64,000 nucleotides of DNA from Oscillospiraceae bacterium (GCA_031551205.1 JAVBNY010000003.1:20590-84589), one strand, 5' to 3'. Positions 28,701 through 36,439 are shown, counted from the first letter of the stretch. Numbers and translations: made by a program. Notes: generated by a model not told the origin, from the letters alone.

Positions 28701-29584
28701 GCGCCGACAAGGCAAAGTGGACTAAATTCACGTCCGACAGCTACTCTCCCGCGCTGAAGACCACGGATCAGAAGATATATGTCAGAACTTTAGCCTCGGA
28801 AACCGCGGTTGCCTCGCTCTTCAAGGAAGTGACGATCCCCGCGAGCGCCGCCGCCCCGGCAGTCCCCGCCACTGCCATCAAATATAACGCCGCGGGTGGA
28901 AAGATAACACTTTCGCTCGAGAATACGCTTGAGTTCGCGATAGGCAGCTCCAGTACCTGGACAACGGGCGTTCCCGCAGGGTTTGAGATCATAACGGACT
29001 CCGAGGATGAGGACTATTCCGGCTACAATATGACGGCGGACGTCCCGGTCAGCGTAAGGACAAAGGCCATAGGCGGCGGGCTGCCGTCTCAGAGCGCGGT
29101 TCTCACGCTGAAAAAGAGCGCCGCCGCGCCAACAACCGTCCAGGTCAACTATTCTCTCGCCGCGCAGATCACCGGCCTTACAACCGCTATGGAGTATAAG
29201 TTTGTCGAGAGCGGCGACACGGGTACGTTTGCCGCCTGCACCGGCACGAGCCTTATCCTGACGAGCGGAGACTACGGCAAAAAGCTCGTCGTCAGGATCA
29301 AGGGCACCGACAGCGCTCCTCCGTCACTTGAAGTCTCGAAGGATATCCTCGCGGCCGCCGCCGCGCCCACAGGTATAACCGCCGCTGACGGTATTGTCTC
29401 CGGTGTTTTGACCACGATGGAATACAGCCTCAACGGAAAGTACTGGATTCCGGTCACAGCCACAAAGCTCGACCTCAACTGGCTGAGGGGCGACAGCAGC
29501 GTCGACGTCAAGATCAGGATCAAGGGCACATCTACAAAACCCGCCTCGCAGGAGGCCACGGTCACGGTCGGCGCGCTTGACTGA
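25754..29584 (+). CDS. Secreted protein made of ~14 tandem ~85-95 aa repeats (uncharacterised Ig/Fn3-like repeat), no recognisable anchor
   Basis: Signal peptide MRKNLRLLSILLTLSFVLSFAVPAGA. Repeat signature: (V/I)(T/S)(F/L)D...(E/T).(I/L)(K/T)G(L/V/M)T..MEY.......W(T/V)........(I/L)........(V/I)(Y/E)VR.KA.....AS......(V/L)..R..AP. For example GITFDKATEAIKGMTALMEYRLKGATAWTAAS and DVSFDNATAKLKDITTGMEYSADKAKWTKFT. Confidence 0.8.
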   Translation: MRKNLRLLSILLTLSFVLSFAVPAGAASPDAGQYPAGLDISMFEAGDQQMGLLSLPNIKASDITLANVDYANETLTISAGNLSMISFSTDTKTYELYADEADEDGVLKLSDYWGKKLTFLVFPSPTLQALTLPARPAKPAPKIDFALEKITAVSNLMEIRSADTPEELDEEDFEPLGAVTVPASDYLGKTVEIRLKSTSSKPASLSAQLTVPARLAAPSASEFTVNFATAALTMANTTTAYEVSIDDKATWTAATKTFALAGAFSKDVEKIYVRIKSTTTNFASSEVEKSISAEKADAPDVTLDLAGEKLKGVSKSTMEYSITKGDKWVAFTADGDFSISAILDGISTTTPLAIYVRTKALAAVPASASVIFTFTARPAAPTGVTLDVKTEEIKGLTADKSLYRFDTTSTWTAAEASTAALSATAKTIQVRNVGIASDEEDDPAVEIPASKILTLTVPTRGTKPSPVYSSVTDAITGVTTAMEYQPLDAADSEIKADKWEKVATANMSGTAFKVVLPDEDETRLKFVVFRIAPVEGTGTSAKLASLPSAVIKVAATTAKPTGITFDKATEAIKGMTALMEYRLKGATAWTAASATPLNISAALDKATAELVYEVRIKAVTSGTGVAPASEAAEVEAGMREDLEEELSWDTATGKVKNLDGDTAYEFRLSTATAWTAFTEAGLQALVPAASATKDVTVYIRAKASADAVASNYQTLTLKPRAKTPAAKLDPANETIKDVTTNMQVKIGTADWADVDGTTIDISAVGYSGNVDLQLKDVSTVPASDVQKITVSRPAAPKVTANYTNMTFTGATALMEYAVDPEDEDAEWEIVALDTTLKAMLINEEMSGKTVGFRLAATATVLKSGVTKISVLESAAQPAITVSFDYLTETLKGSKTGSEFRVGTTGAWTALGASAVALPAAAKTALDEDDVDVYYRDMAVTGTSPKPPSTSVKITVTKRAAAPDVSFDNATAKLKDITTGMEYSADKAKWTKFTSDSYSPALKTTDQKIYVRTLASETAVASLFKEVTIPASAAAPAVPATAIKYNAAGGKITLSLENTLEFAIGSSSTWTTGVPAGFEIITDSEDEDYSGYNMTADVPVSVRTKAIGGGLPSQSAVLTLKKSAAAPTTVQVNYSLAAQITGLTTAMEYKFVESGDTGTFAACTGTSLILTSGDYGKKLVVRIKGTDSAPPSLEVSKDILAAAAAPTGITAADGIVSGVLTTMEYSLNGKYWIPVTATKLDLNWLRGDSSVDVKIRIKGTSTKPASQEATVTVGALD

Positions 29585-29611
29585 TAACATGTAATAACCA
29601 GCGAAATAAAA

Positions 29612-29649
29612 GGGCCCGGCGCGATAAATAATCGCGCCGGGCCCTTTTT
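29612..29649. terminator. Bidirectional terminator between the repeat protein gene and miaA
   Basis: GGGCCCGGCGCGA-taaataa-TCGCGCCGGGCCC, flanked by AAAA on the 5' side and TTTTT on the 3' side. Confidence 0.8.
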
Positions 29650-29662
29650 CCACAGCCGCATT

Positions 29663-30565
29663 TCAGCTGCGCAGAAAAGCGTCAACCGCCCTCTCAGCCT
29701 CAGGCAGAAAGCCCTCGTGCATGTCAAGCCACAGAACGTCTCTGTCTCTGCGAAACCATGTCATCTGCCGCTTGGCAAACTGCTTTATCGCGCGCCCAAG
29801 CTCTGAAAAAAGCTCATCCTCGGAAGCAAGCTCTCCCTTCAGATACCGCAGGCAATAGCGGTATTCCAGCCCGAGCGCGTCGAGAAACCCGTCAAGCGCG
29901 CCGCCCGCCCTCAGCGCCGAAACCTCATTCAGCATACCCTGAGCAAGGCGCATACGCAAGCGCTCGTCGATCCTCAAGTCAAGCTCCTGCTTCGGCCAGG
30001 TCACGCCGATCTGAAGCGCGTCGTAGCGTGGATTATTGTTCGTGTCCGTGGTGGGGGCGCCGCTCCTCTGCCTTTCGAGCGCGCGGATAAGCCTGTGCCT
30101 GTTGCAGAGGTCGATGCCCTGAGGCGCGCCCGCCGCTTTAAGAAACATCTCGCCCAGTTCTTCCGTGGAACGCCTCTCAAGCGACGCACGGTACTCAAAA
30201 TCGGGCTCAGGCCCGCCGAAGGAGTACCCCTCGACGACCGCCCGCAGATAAAGCCCCGTCCCACCCACCAAAAAAACGGGCCTGTCTTCGGAGTGGAGCC
30301 TGTCGATCACGGCAAAAGCCCGCTGCTGAAATTCGGCCGCGCTGAATGGCTCGCCGGGCTCCAAAATATCAATCAGATGGTGCGGCACGCCGCGCGTCTC
30401 CTCGGGAGTAACCTTTCCGGTGCCGAGGTCAAGCCCGCGGTAAACCTGCCGGGAATCCGCAGAGATTATCTCTCCGCCGAAACGCTCGGCAAGCTCAATC
30501 CCGAGCGTGCTTTTTCCTGAAGCTGTCGTACCCAGTACGGTTACTATCCTTCCCCTCGGGTTCAT
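29663..30565 (-). CDS. miaA: tRNA dimethylallyltransferase
   Basis: VLGTTASGKSTLGIELAERFGGEIISADSRQVYRGLDLGTGKVTPEE..GVPHHLID...GGTGLYL matches the MiaA P-loop and family motifs. ATG 30565 is preferred (GAGGA 8 nt upstream) over TTG 30580. Confidence 0.9.
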   Translation of the reverse strand: MNPRGRIVTVLGTTASGKSTLGIELAERFGGEIISADSRQVYRGLDLGTGKVTPEETRGVPHHLIDILEPGEPFSAAEFQQRAFAVIDRLHSEDRPVFLVGGTGLYLRAVVEGYSFGGPEPDFEYRASLERRSTEELGEMFLKAAGAPQGIDLCNRHRLIRALERQRSGAPTTDTNNNPRYDALQIGVTWPKQELDLRIDERLRMRLAQGMLNEVSALRAGGALDGFLDALGLEYRYCLRYLKGELASEDELFSELGRAIKQFAKRQMTWFRRDRDVLWLDMHEGFLPEAERAVDAFLRS

Positions 30566-30590
30566 ATGCATCATCCTCAACGCGTTTTAT

Positions 30591-30763
30591 GGCAATACCG
30601 CACAGAGATTGTGCGTGTATTGCGTCGACAATTTTTTCGTCAGATGAAACAAAAAACGCAGTGAATACTGTATGTATTCACGAGGCTTTTTGTGATATAT
30701 GGCGGTAAAATCACAAACAAGACGCACACAAAGTCGTCAGACGCTCTTTGTGAGGTGTTGCCA
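30591..30763. repeat. Intergenic repeat family, copy 3 (complete, with an extra internal hairpin)
   Basis: GGCAATACCGCACAGAGATTGTGCGTGTATTGCG...GTGAATACTGTATGTATTCAC...GGCGGTAAAATCACAAACAAGACGCACACAAAGTCGTCAGACGCTCTTTGTGAGGTGTTGCC. The terminal GGCAAYACC sequences are inverted repeats. Confidence 0.75.
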
Positions 30764-30807
30764 TAGCAATACTATCATCTGAGAAGGCCCTGCGCAAGCA
30801 TTAAAAA

Positions 30808-30832
30808 AGCGCCCCGGAAAATCCGGGGCGCT
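30808..30832 (-). terminator. Rho-independent terminator after the amylase gene
   Basis: Minus strand AGCGCCCCGG-atttt-CCGGGGCGCT followed by TTTTTT. Confidence 0.8.
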
Positions 30833-30842
30833 CTTCTCTGCT

Positions 30843-33110
30843 TTACAGCGTGATTGTATATGTCAGGTTGTAGCTCGGGAACAGATCCTTAAACACAAGC
30901 CCGCTGACGACGATGACGTCGCCCTCCTTAAACGTGTTGTACGGGCGCGGGATGTATATGCGGCAGAGATCGTTAAAGCCGGCGTTGTCGGCCTTGTATA
31001 CAAAGGTGCCTGTCGTGATAACCTCGCCGTTTATCGAGATATGTCCGTCAAAATTCAGGCAGTTCTGCCTGCTGCGCGGCACGGCGCCGAACTTAAGATA
31101 GGTTCCGCCGGTGGCCGGGTTTGTGCCCGACGGCGCGATCGACCTGCTCCAGAGGTCGGCGGCAGGGTCGACAACCTTGAGGGGGCACTCGCCGGTGATC
31201 CCGCCCGAGGATGCGACAAACCGGTAATCTCCGGCCTCAGGCACCTTCACGCAGCGCACGAACGCGGCGCCGTCGCTGCCAGCAATGCCTGTACCGACAA
31301 CCTTGCCGTCCGGCGCGATCAGGCTGACGTTTATCGGGCTCGCGGGCGCGAAGCCAACCGGGAACGCGTTGACGACGATATTCGCGGCGCGGTTGGAGAG
31401 GATGCTTGACTTTGTCGTGACGCTCACATAGATAGCTGGGACAGCCGTATCTCCGCTCAGCACGACGGTGCTGTAAGGCGCGATTGTGAGCGCATTGCCG
31501 TCAAGGGCGGAGGTGGTGTCGAGTGCAAAACGCTTTTTGATCGAGTTAAACCCGGAGAAGGCCTGCGTTTGCGAGAGCGTGACCTTCTGCGGCTCGCCGG
31601 AAAGGTTCGTGGCGACGAGGACGCGGTCGTCCCTCGTCATCCTGACATAGGCGCATACCTTGCTGTTGTCGATGACATATTCCGCGACATCGCCGTCGCG
31701 CAGGACGCGAAGGTCGCGTCTCCAGCCGGTGAGTTCCTTGTAACGGGAGAGTATGGAGGAGGGGTCTTTCGCCTGAGCTTCGACTGAAACGTCGCCGCCA
31801 AGGCTATAGACATTCTTCCAGCTGGCATTGGACTTCGGCTTCCAGTTGGTCTGGCCGGGGCCCTCGTTGCTCTCATACCAGGGCATCGGCTCGCGGATAT
31901 CCTGGTCAGGCTTCATGCCCTGGAGCCCGAGCTCCTCGCCGTAGTAGATAAACGGATTGCCGGGAAGCGTCAGCATCATTGCGGCCGCCGTTTTCGCGTG
32001 GTCGGCGTTCTTTTCAAGCTGGCTCATCACACGGTTCTGATCGTGATTTGTCAGGAAGGTGCAGTTCACAAAGTCATAGCCGGATACAGCGCCGAAGTCG
32101 TCGTAAAGGCGGCAGAGCGCCGCGTTAAAGTTCGGGGAGGCCTGCTCATTTTTGGACATTGCGAGAAGATCTACGGCCTGCTTGAAGTCAAACGTGCTGT
32201 TGAGGGTGCCCGTCTGGATAAACGGCGCCATCAGGCTTGTGTCCTCTTCCCATATCTCGCCGACGAGATATACGTCCGGCTTCACGGCCTGCATGCCTGC
32301 TCTAAATTCCTTCCACCAGTCCATGTTCTTCTTGACGATTTCGGGTGAATGGACAGTCCCCGCGAAGTCGCCAAATATGTGCTTGGCCGCGTCGAGGCGG
32401 AAGCCGCCCACGCCCTTGTTGAGCCAGAACTGGCCGATCTTTATCATCTCGGAACGGACAGCCGTGTTGTCAAAGTTGAGGTCGGGCATCCCGCTCGAGA
32501 AGATGCCTATGTACTTGTATTGTGTGCCATTGATCGTAGTGTTTCTCCACGGGCTGCCCGTGGGGCTGCCTGTAGAGTTGTCCACACGCACGTCGGTGTT
32601 GCTGCGCAGGGTGAAGGTATACCAGTTGAAAAAAGGATTTTCGGGGCCCTTAAGCGCCTCTTTGAACCACATGACGTTGTTGCTCGAGTGGTTCACAACC
32701 AGATCCATGATTACATTAATCCCAAGCGAATTGGCCGTCTGGAGCATGTGTTCAAAATCTTCCATCGTGCCGTAGTCGGGCTCGACGTTATAGTAATCTG
32801 TCGTGTCGTATCCGTGATAGCTCCCGTTGTCCTGTATGGGCATAAGCCAGATACCGGAGACGCCGAGGTCTTTGAGGTAAGTGAGTCTTGACTCAAGGCC
32901 TTTAAAGTCGCCAACGCCGTCTCCGTCGGAGTCGGCAAACGCGCGGACAAATATCTCGTAGTAGACCTCCGACGGCTGCTCGTCGATAAACGCCGTATCG
33001 CCCGCGGCAGCTAAGGCGGAAAGGGGCAGCAGCCCAAAGCAGAGCGCGAAAACAAGCGCAAATGTGATAAATCGGCAGGAGAACGTGCGTAATAAAAGTG
33101 TTTTTTTCAT
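30843..33110 (-). CDS. Secreted GH13 alpha-amylase family enzyme with shared C-terminal module
   Basis: ATG 33110 after GGAGG. The 33143 start coincides with the predicted TSS and is rejected. Signal peptide MKKTLLLRTFSCRFITFALVFALCFGLLPLSALA. GH13 regions GVSGIWLMPI, DLVVNHSS, GGFRLDAAKH, LVGEIWE and FLTNHDQNR. Ends GLVFKDLFPSYNLTYTITL. Confidence 0.9.
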   Translation of the reverse strand: MKKTLLLRTFSCRFITFALVFALCFGLLPLSALAAAGDTAFIDEQPSEVYYEIFVRAFADSDGDGVGDFKGLESRLTYLKDLGVSGIWLMPIQDNGSYHGYDTTDYYNVEPDYGTMEDFEHMLQTANSLGINVIMDLVVNHSSNNVMWFKEALKGPENPFFNWYTFTLRSNTDVRVDNSTGSPTGSPWRNTTINGTQYKYIGIFSSGMPDLNFDNTAVRSEMIKIGQFWLNKGVGGFRLDAAKHIFGDFAGTVHSPEIVKKNMDWWKEFRAGMQAVKPDVYLVGEIWEEDTSLMAPFIQTGTLNSTFDFKQAVDLLAMSKNEQASPNFNAALCRLYDDFGAVSGYDFVNCTFLTNHDQNRVMSQLEKNADHAKTAAAMMLTLPGNPFIYYGEELGLQGMKPDQDIREPMPWYESNEGPGQTNWKPKSNASWKNVYSLGGDVSVEAQAKDPSSILSRYKELTGWRRDLRVLRDGDVAEYVIDNSKVCAYVRMTRDDRVLVATNLSGEPQKVTLSQTQAFSGFNSIKKRFALDTTSALDGNALTIAPYSTVVLSGDTAVPAIYVSVTTKSSILSNRAANIVVNAFPVGFAPASPINVSLIAPDGKVVGTGIAGSDGAAFVRCVKVPEAGDYRFVASSGGITGECPLKVVDPAADLWSRSIAPSGTNPATGGTYLKFGAVPRSRQNCLNFDGHISINGEVITTGTFVYKADNAGFNDLCRIYIPRPYNTFKEGDVIVVSGLVFKDLFPSYNLTYTITL
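30846..31436 (-). other. Shared C-terminal module, copy 5 (197 aa)
   Basis: AIYVSVTTKSSILSNRAAN...PEAGDYRFVASSGG...AADLWSRSI...GDVIVVSGLVFKDLFPSYNLTYTITL. Confidence 0.75.
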
Positions 33111-33149
33111 ATTATTGCCTCCGTTATTTTTTATAAAGTGCATGTAATA

Positions 33150-33178
33150 ATTATATATTTAGCTTGGGGAAAAGTCAA
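33150..33178 (-). promoter_or_regulatory. Sigma-A promoter of the amylase gene
   Basis: Minus strand TTGACT, 17 nt, TATAAT (33178-33173 / 33155-33150), ~40 nt upstream of ATG 33110. Confidence 0.65.
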
Positions 33179-33248
33179 TGCATTTTAGAGTTTATCACAA
33201 ATGTTTTGATGAGCCGCCATATTTCCGCATATCATGAACACTTATGTT

Positions 33249-33277
33249 TTGACAAAACATTTCGATAAGTATAATAT
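33249..33277 (+). promoter_or_regulatory. Candidate promoter of the GGDEF gene
   Basis: TTGACA (33249-33254), 17 nt, TAATAT (33272-33277). A TATAAT at 15-nt spacing overlaps. It lies very close to the annotated ATG, so the true start codon may be a downstream Met. Confidence 0.4.
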
Positions 33278-33289
33278 TGGGAAGTATTA

Positions 33290-34396
33290 ATGTTACGGAG
33301 TACTGCAATGCTGAGGTCAATGATATCGGGGCTTCAAAACAGAATAAAGGATGACATTGCAACCTCGAATATATCCTCGCGGCTGCTGCTTTTGATGTTC
33401 TCATTTCTTGCCGTGCTGCCCCACATTATATTTGTGATATACTTTTTTATTTCCGGCATCCGCCCGCTTTGGATCGCGTACCTCTTGTGCATCCTGTATT
33501 ACTGTATAACCTCCTTTTTAATCTACAATAAAAGGATTGTACTCGGCGCTGTGCTGATTGTCATTGAAAGCGTTTTCATCAGTGTATACGCCACGGCTTT
33601 TTTGGGGTCGGCCTCCCTTTTTCACTGGTATATGGCCCTGCTTTTTATCCCGTTTCTGCTCTACGTTGAGACAAGCGGGCTGTGCAAGGCGCTGGTATGC
33701 TGCGGTGTCGCGGCGGCAATGGTTTTCTGCATACTGTACGATGAATTCCTGCCTGTCGTCTATCCCGATCTGTCATCGCTTTTCTTCCTGGGCCTTGTTA
33801 ACACGCTGTTCGTTTTCGCCGCGCTTATCCTCGAATGTCTTATGGAAAGCATCTCAAAAAAGTTTTCGAGCCTGCTTCAGACCGAAAACATGGAGAAGCT
33901 CAGGCTTGAAAGCTATCAGGATCCTCTGACGGGACTTTTTAACCGCAGATACGCCGAGGTCATTTTTGGAGGAATATCCAGCAGAGAAAGGCTTGAAAGA
34001 GGCGGACGGCTCTGCCTTGCGATTGGAGACCTCGACGACTTTAAGCTGATTAACGACGAACGCGGGCACGACGCCGGTGACGAAATCCTCACATCGGTAT
34101 CCGAGATCCTGAAAAGCGGAGTAAGGAAAGACGATTTTGTTTTCCGCTGGGGCGGCGAGGAATTTATGATTATCCTGCAAGATGCGGCTCTTTCCCAGGC
34201 AGAGACGATATTAAACGGGCTGAGAGAAAGGGTTTCCGAGTCGGTCTTTGAGCACGGAGGGTTTAAACTCAGGATTTCAATCACGTTTGGTGTGACTGAG
34301 ATCAAAAATCTGGATTTTAACGAGGCAATCATCAGGGCTGATTCAAATCTCTATGACGGCAAGAAGTCCGGAAAGAATAAGGTGGTCGCGAGCTGA
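33290..34396 (+). CDS. Membrane-bound diguanylate cyclase (GGDEF domain)
   Basis: About 6 N-terminal TM helices, then DPLTGLFNRRY...AIGDLDDFKLINDERGHDAGDEIL...FRWGGEEFMIIL (GGEEF active site)...ADSNLYDGKKSGKNKV. Confidence 0.85.
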   Translation: MLRSTAMLRSMISGLQNRIKDDIATSNISSRLLLLMFSFLAVLPHIIFVIYFFISGIRPLWIAYLLCILYYCITSFLIYNKRIVLGAVLIVIESVFISVYATAFLGSASLFHWYMALLFIPFLLYVETSGLCKALVCCGVAAAMVFCILYDEFLPVVYPDLSSLFFLGLVNTLFVFAALILECLMESISKKFSSLLQTENMEKLRLESYQDPLTGLFNRRYAEVIFGGISSRERLERGGRLCLAIGDLDDFKLINDERGHDAGDEILTSVSEILKSGVRKDDFVFRWGGEEFMIILQDAALSQAETILNGLRERVSESVFEHGGFKLRISITFGVTEIKNLDFNEAIIRADSNLYDGKKSGKNKVVAS

Positions 34397-34427
34397 AAAC
34401 GCGCGGCCATTTTTATATTAAGCCCCC

Positions 34428-34535
34428 CCACACACACAAAGAGCGTCTGACGGCTTTTTGTGCGTCTTGTTTGCTATATATGGTGGTAAAATCGCTTGCG
34501 CAATGCACAAACAATCTCTGCGCGGTATTGCTTTA
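34428..34535. repeat. Intergenic repeat family, copy 4 (inverted, internally rearranged)
   Basis: cacaaagagcgtctgacggctttttgtgcgtcttgtttgc...ggtggtaaaatcgc...gcgcaatgcacaaacaatctctgcgcggtattgctttaa. This is the reverse complement of modules B and A, with the GGTAAAATCGC segment flipped. Confidence 0.7.
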
Positions 34536-34543
34536 AATTTTTG

Positions 34544-34572
34544 TTGACAAATCAGGGCGTGTCACTTATAAT
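34544..34572 (+). promoter_or_regulatory. Consensus sigma-A promoter of the tRNA operon
   Basis: TTGACA (34544-34549), 17 nt, TATAAT (34567-34572), 24 nt upstream of the first tRNA. Confidence 0.75.
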
Positions 34573-34595
34573 GTTTTTTGCGATTGCATCTCTAT

Positions 34596-34672
34596 GGCGG
34601 CATAGCTCAGTTGGCTAGAGCATTCGGTTCATACCCGAAGTGTCGTTGGTTCAAATCCGACTGCCGCTACCA
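34596..34672 (+). tRNA. tRNA with CAT anticodon (elongator Met or lysidine-modified Ile2; not initiator-like)
   Basis: GGCGGCATAGCTCAGTTGGCTAGAGCATTCGGTTCATACCCGAAGTGTCGTTGGTTCAAATCCGACTGCCGCTACCA. Folds as a cloverleaf with anticodon loop TTCATAC and an encoded CCA. The anticodon stem lacks the three G-C pairs typical of initiators. Confidence 0.85.
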
Positions 34673-34679
34673 TTATTTT

Positions 34680-34776
34680 GGCAATTGACAATGCTCGCCC
34701 GACAGCTGGGATACCCTGAGGGCAAGACGTTTTTTGCGTCTTTGTCACGGTTGTCGGCCGCCGGTTGTCAATTGCC
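34680..34776. repeat. 97-nt imperfect palindrome filling the tRNA-tRNA spacer
   Basis: GGCAATTGACAA (34680-34691) pairs with TTGTCAATTGCC (34765-34776). Inner arms are CCGACA/TGTCGG and CAAGACG-tttttt-GCGTCTTTG. Confidence 0.6.
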
Positions 34777-34786
34777 AGTTTAGTAT

Positions 34787-34861
34787 GGCCCGTTGGTCAA
34801 GCGGTTAAGACACCGCCCTTTCACGGCGGTAACAGGGGTTCGATTCCCCTACGGGTCACCA
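34787..34861 (+). tRNA. tRNA-Glu (TTC)
   Basis: GGCCCGTTGGTCAAGCGGTTAAGACACCGCCCTTTCACGGCGGTAACAGGGGTTCGATTCCCCTACGGGTCACCA. Very close to Firmicutes tRNA-Glu(UUC), with an encoded CCA. Confidence 0.9.
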
Positions 34862-34896
34862 ATTTTCCCGGCGCAGTTTTTGCCGCGTCGGTACGC

Positions 34897-34972
34897 GGAG
34901 GTATAGCTCAGCTGGTAGAGCACCTGCTCCACACGCAGGGGGTCGGGGGTTCGAGTCCCTCTGTCTCCACCA
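34897..34972 (+). tRNA. tRNA-Val (CAC) with atypical anticodon loop (U32 C33)
   Basis: GGAGGTATAGCTCAGCTGGTAGAGCACCTGCTCCACACGCAGGGGGTCGGGGGTTCGAGTCCCTCTGTCTCCACCA. The cloverleaf folds (anticodon stem CCTGC/GCAGG) but the loop is TCCACAC, which places C at position 33. The acceptor stem has two G-U pairs. Confidence 0.7.
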
Positions 34973-34980
34973 CGAATAAA

Positions 34981-35010
34981 CCCTACAGCCTCAATGGCCG
35001 TAGGGTTTTT
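34981..35010 (+). terminator. Terminator of the tRNA operon
   Basis: CCCTACAGCC-tcaat-GGCCGTAGGG (one mismatch) followed by TTTTTG. Confidence 0.7.
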
Positions 35011-35131
35011 GATTTGCCTAAATTGCATCCTGATTTTACTTTTATGTTCCATAATTGCCCCTTGATTTACATGCCTCTGGGGGTCAAAAAAGCTGCCTCC
35101 CATTATCTCGAGAAGCGGCCTTTTTTTATCG

Positions 35132-36439
35132 TTATAATGTCACTGTTTGCGTAAACGTGAACTTGTAGCTTGGGAACAGCGCTGGGTATTTTATGCCCGT
35201 AACCTTGATGCTCAATTCACCTAAAAGCGTCGCGCCGGGCACGAAGACCGAGTTGCCTGCGATGACCGTGGCGTATTTCACGCTATTCACAAAGACCTCG
35301 CCCAGGAACTGCCGCTCATACCCTACATCAGGAAACCTGATCTCAAGTGCATCGCTGCCGTTATACGAGCTCTTTAGCACGTTCATCTCCCAGTACGCCG
35401 CCAGATTTGGGGCAATTATGAGCGGGATCTCAGCCATAACGTCAGTGCCTGTGATGGACGCGCGGAAGGTGTAGTCTCCGTCGGGGAGGGAGAGTTCGGT
35501 TTTATTGAGGCTGAGATTTTCACTGAACGAATCAGAGGCGTCAAACGGATTGCTGGCGTAGACCGCCTCACCCTCGGCGTTTACAATCGAAAAGACAAGC
35601 AGCTTGCTGGTTAGGCCGCTGCCGGTAAGCGTGATGGGAACGACGGCATTGCGGCCTGAAACAAGCGTTGCAGCTTTTCCGACGGAGAGCGAGGCGAGAT
35701 TAGGCCTGTATCTGACTGTCAACCCGTTCCAATTCTGCCCCTCCGCGGGAAAGCCTTTAGCGTCGGACCAGACATAGGCAGTTGCGCCTGTGGCGGCGCC
35801 AGAGAAAACTTCATCGCCCATAATTGGCGCGTTACCGTTAAAATACACGCTCGCGAGGCTCTCGCAGGCTGCAAACGCACTGCGATTGATGCTAGTCACG
35901 CTGTCCGATATCGTAACACTCGTGAGACCCCAGCAGCTCATAAACGCCCATTCGCCGATGCTCGTTACGCTGTCCGGAATTGTCACGCTAATAAGGCTTG
36001 TACAGTATCTAAATGCCTGTTCTCCGATGCTCGTTACACTATTTCCTATTATCACGCTCATGAGACCCCAGCAGTTCATAAACGCCCAATCTCCGATGCA
36101 AGTCACGCTGTCCGGAATTGTCACGCTTGTGAGGCTTTCGCAGTAAGCAAATGCACTGTCGCCTATAGCCGTGACCGCGTACGCTCTGCCGCCGTATGTA
36201 ACTGTATGTGGGATCGTGAAGGCACCGTATGTACCTGTGTTGATCGCCGCCCTTGAGCCGTTCCCCACCTGCACGGTGCCGGTACTGCCGGATTCGGTGA
36301 GTACCTTATACGTTATTCCGCTTACGACAAATGTGTCCCCCACGGCGGCGCTAGCTGATAACGGGACAACCATTACGAGGGTAAACGTGAGGATTAGAAC
36401 AACTGCAAAGGAAATGGGGCGCGATACTGCTTTTTTCAC
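35132..36439 (-). CDS. Secreted BspA-type LRR protein with shared C-terminal module
   Basis: GTG 36439 lies 8 nt after AGGAGG. The GTG 36445 in the track is only 2 nt after the RBS. Signal peptide (M)KKAVSRPISFAVVLILTFTLVMVVPLSASA. LRR_5 repeats C.SLTSVTIPDSVTSIGEWAF. Ends GIKYPALFPSYKFTFTQTVTL. Confidence 0.85.
   Translation of the reverse strand: MKKAVSRPISFAVVLILTFTLVMVVPLSASAAVGDTFVVSGITYKVLTESGSTGTVQVGNGSRAAINTGTYGAFTIPHTVTYGGRAYAVTAIGDSAFAYCESLTSVTIPDSVTCIGDWAFMNCWGLMSVIIGNSVTSIGEQAFRYCTSLISVTIPDSVTSIGEWAFMSCWGLTSVTISDSVTSINRSAFAACESLASVYFNGNAPIMGDEVFSGAATGATAYVWSDAKGFPAEGQNWNGLTVRYRPNLASLSVGKAATLVSGRNAVVPITLTGSGLTSKLLVFSIVNAEGEAVYASNPFDASDSFSENLSLNKTELSLPDGDYTFRASITGTDVMAEIPLIIAPNLAAYWEMNVLKSSYNGSDALEIRFPDVGYERQFLGEVFVNSVKYATVIAGNSVFVPGATLLGELSIKVTGIKYPALFPSYKFTFTQTVTL
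35135..35701 (-). other. Shared C-terminal module, copy 6 (189 aa)
   Basis: NLASLSVGKAATLVSGRNAVVPITL...LPDGDYTFRASITG...LAAYWEMNV...GELSIKVTGIKYPALFPSYKFTFTQTVTL. Confidence 0.75.

Noticed and set aside
34765-35154. ORFs 34765-35154(+) and 34849-35103(-) from the ORF track.
   Set aside because: They overlap tRNA-Glu and tRNA-Val and the operon terminator. They are translations of structural RNA genes, not real CDSs.
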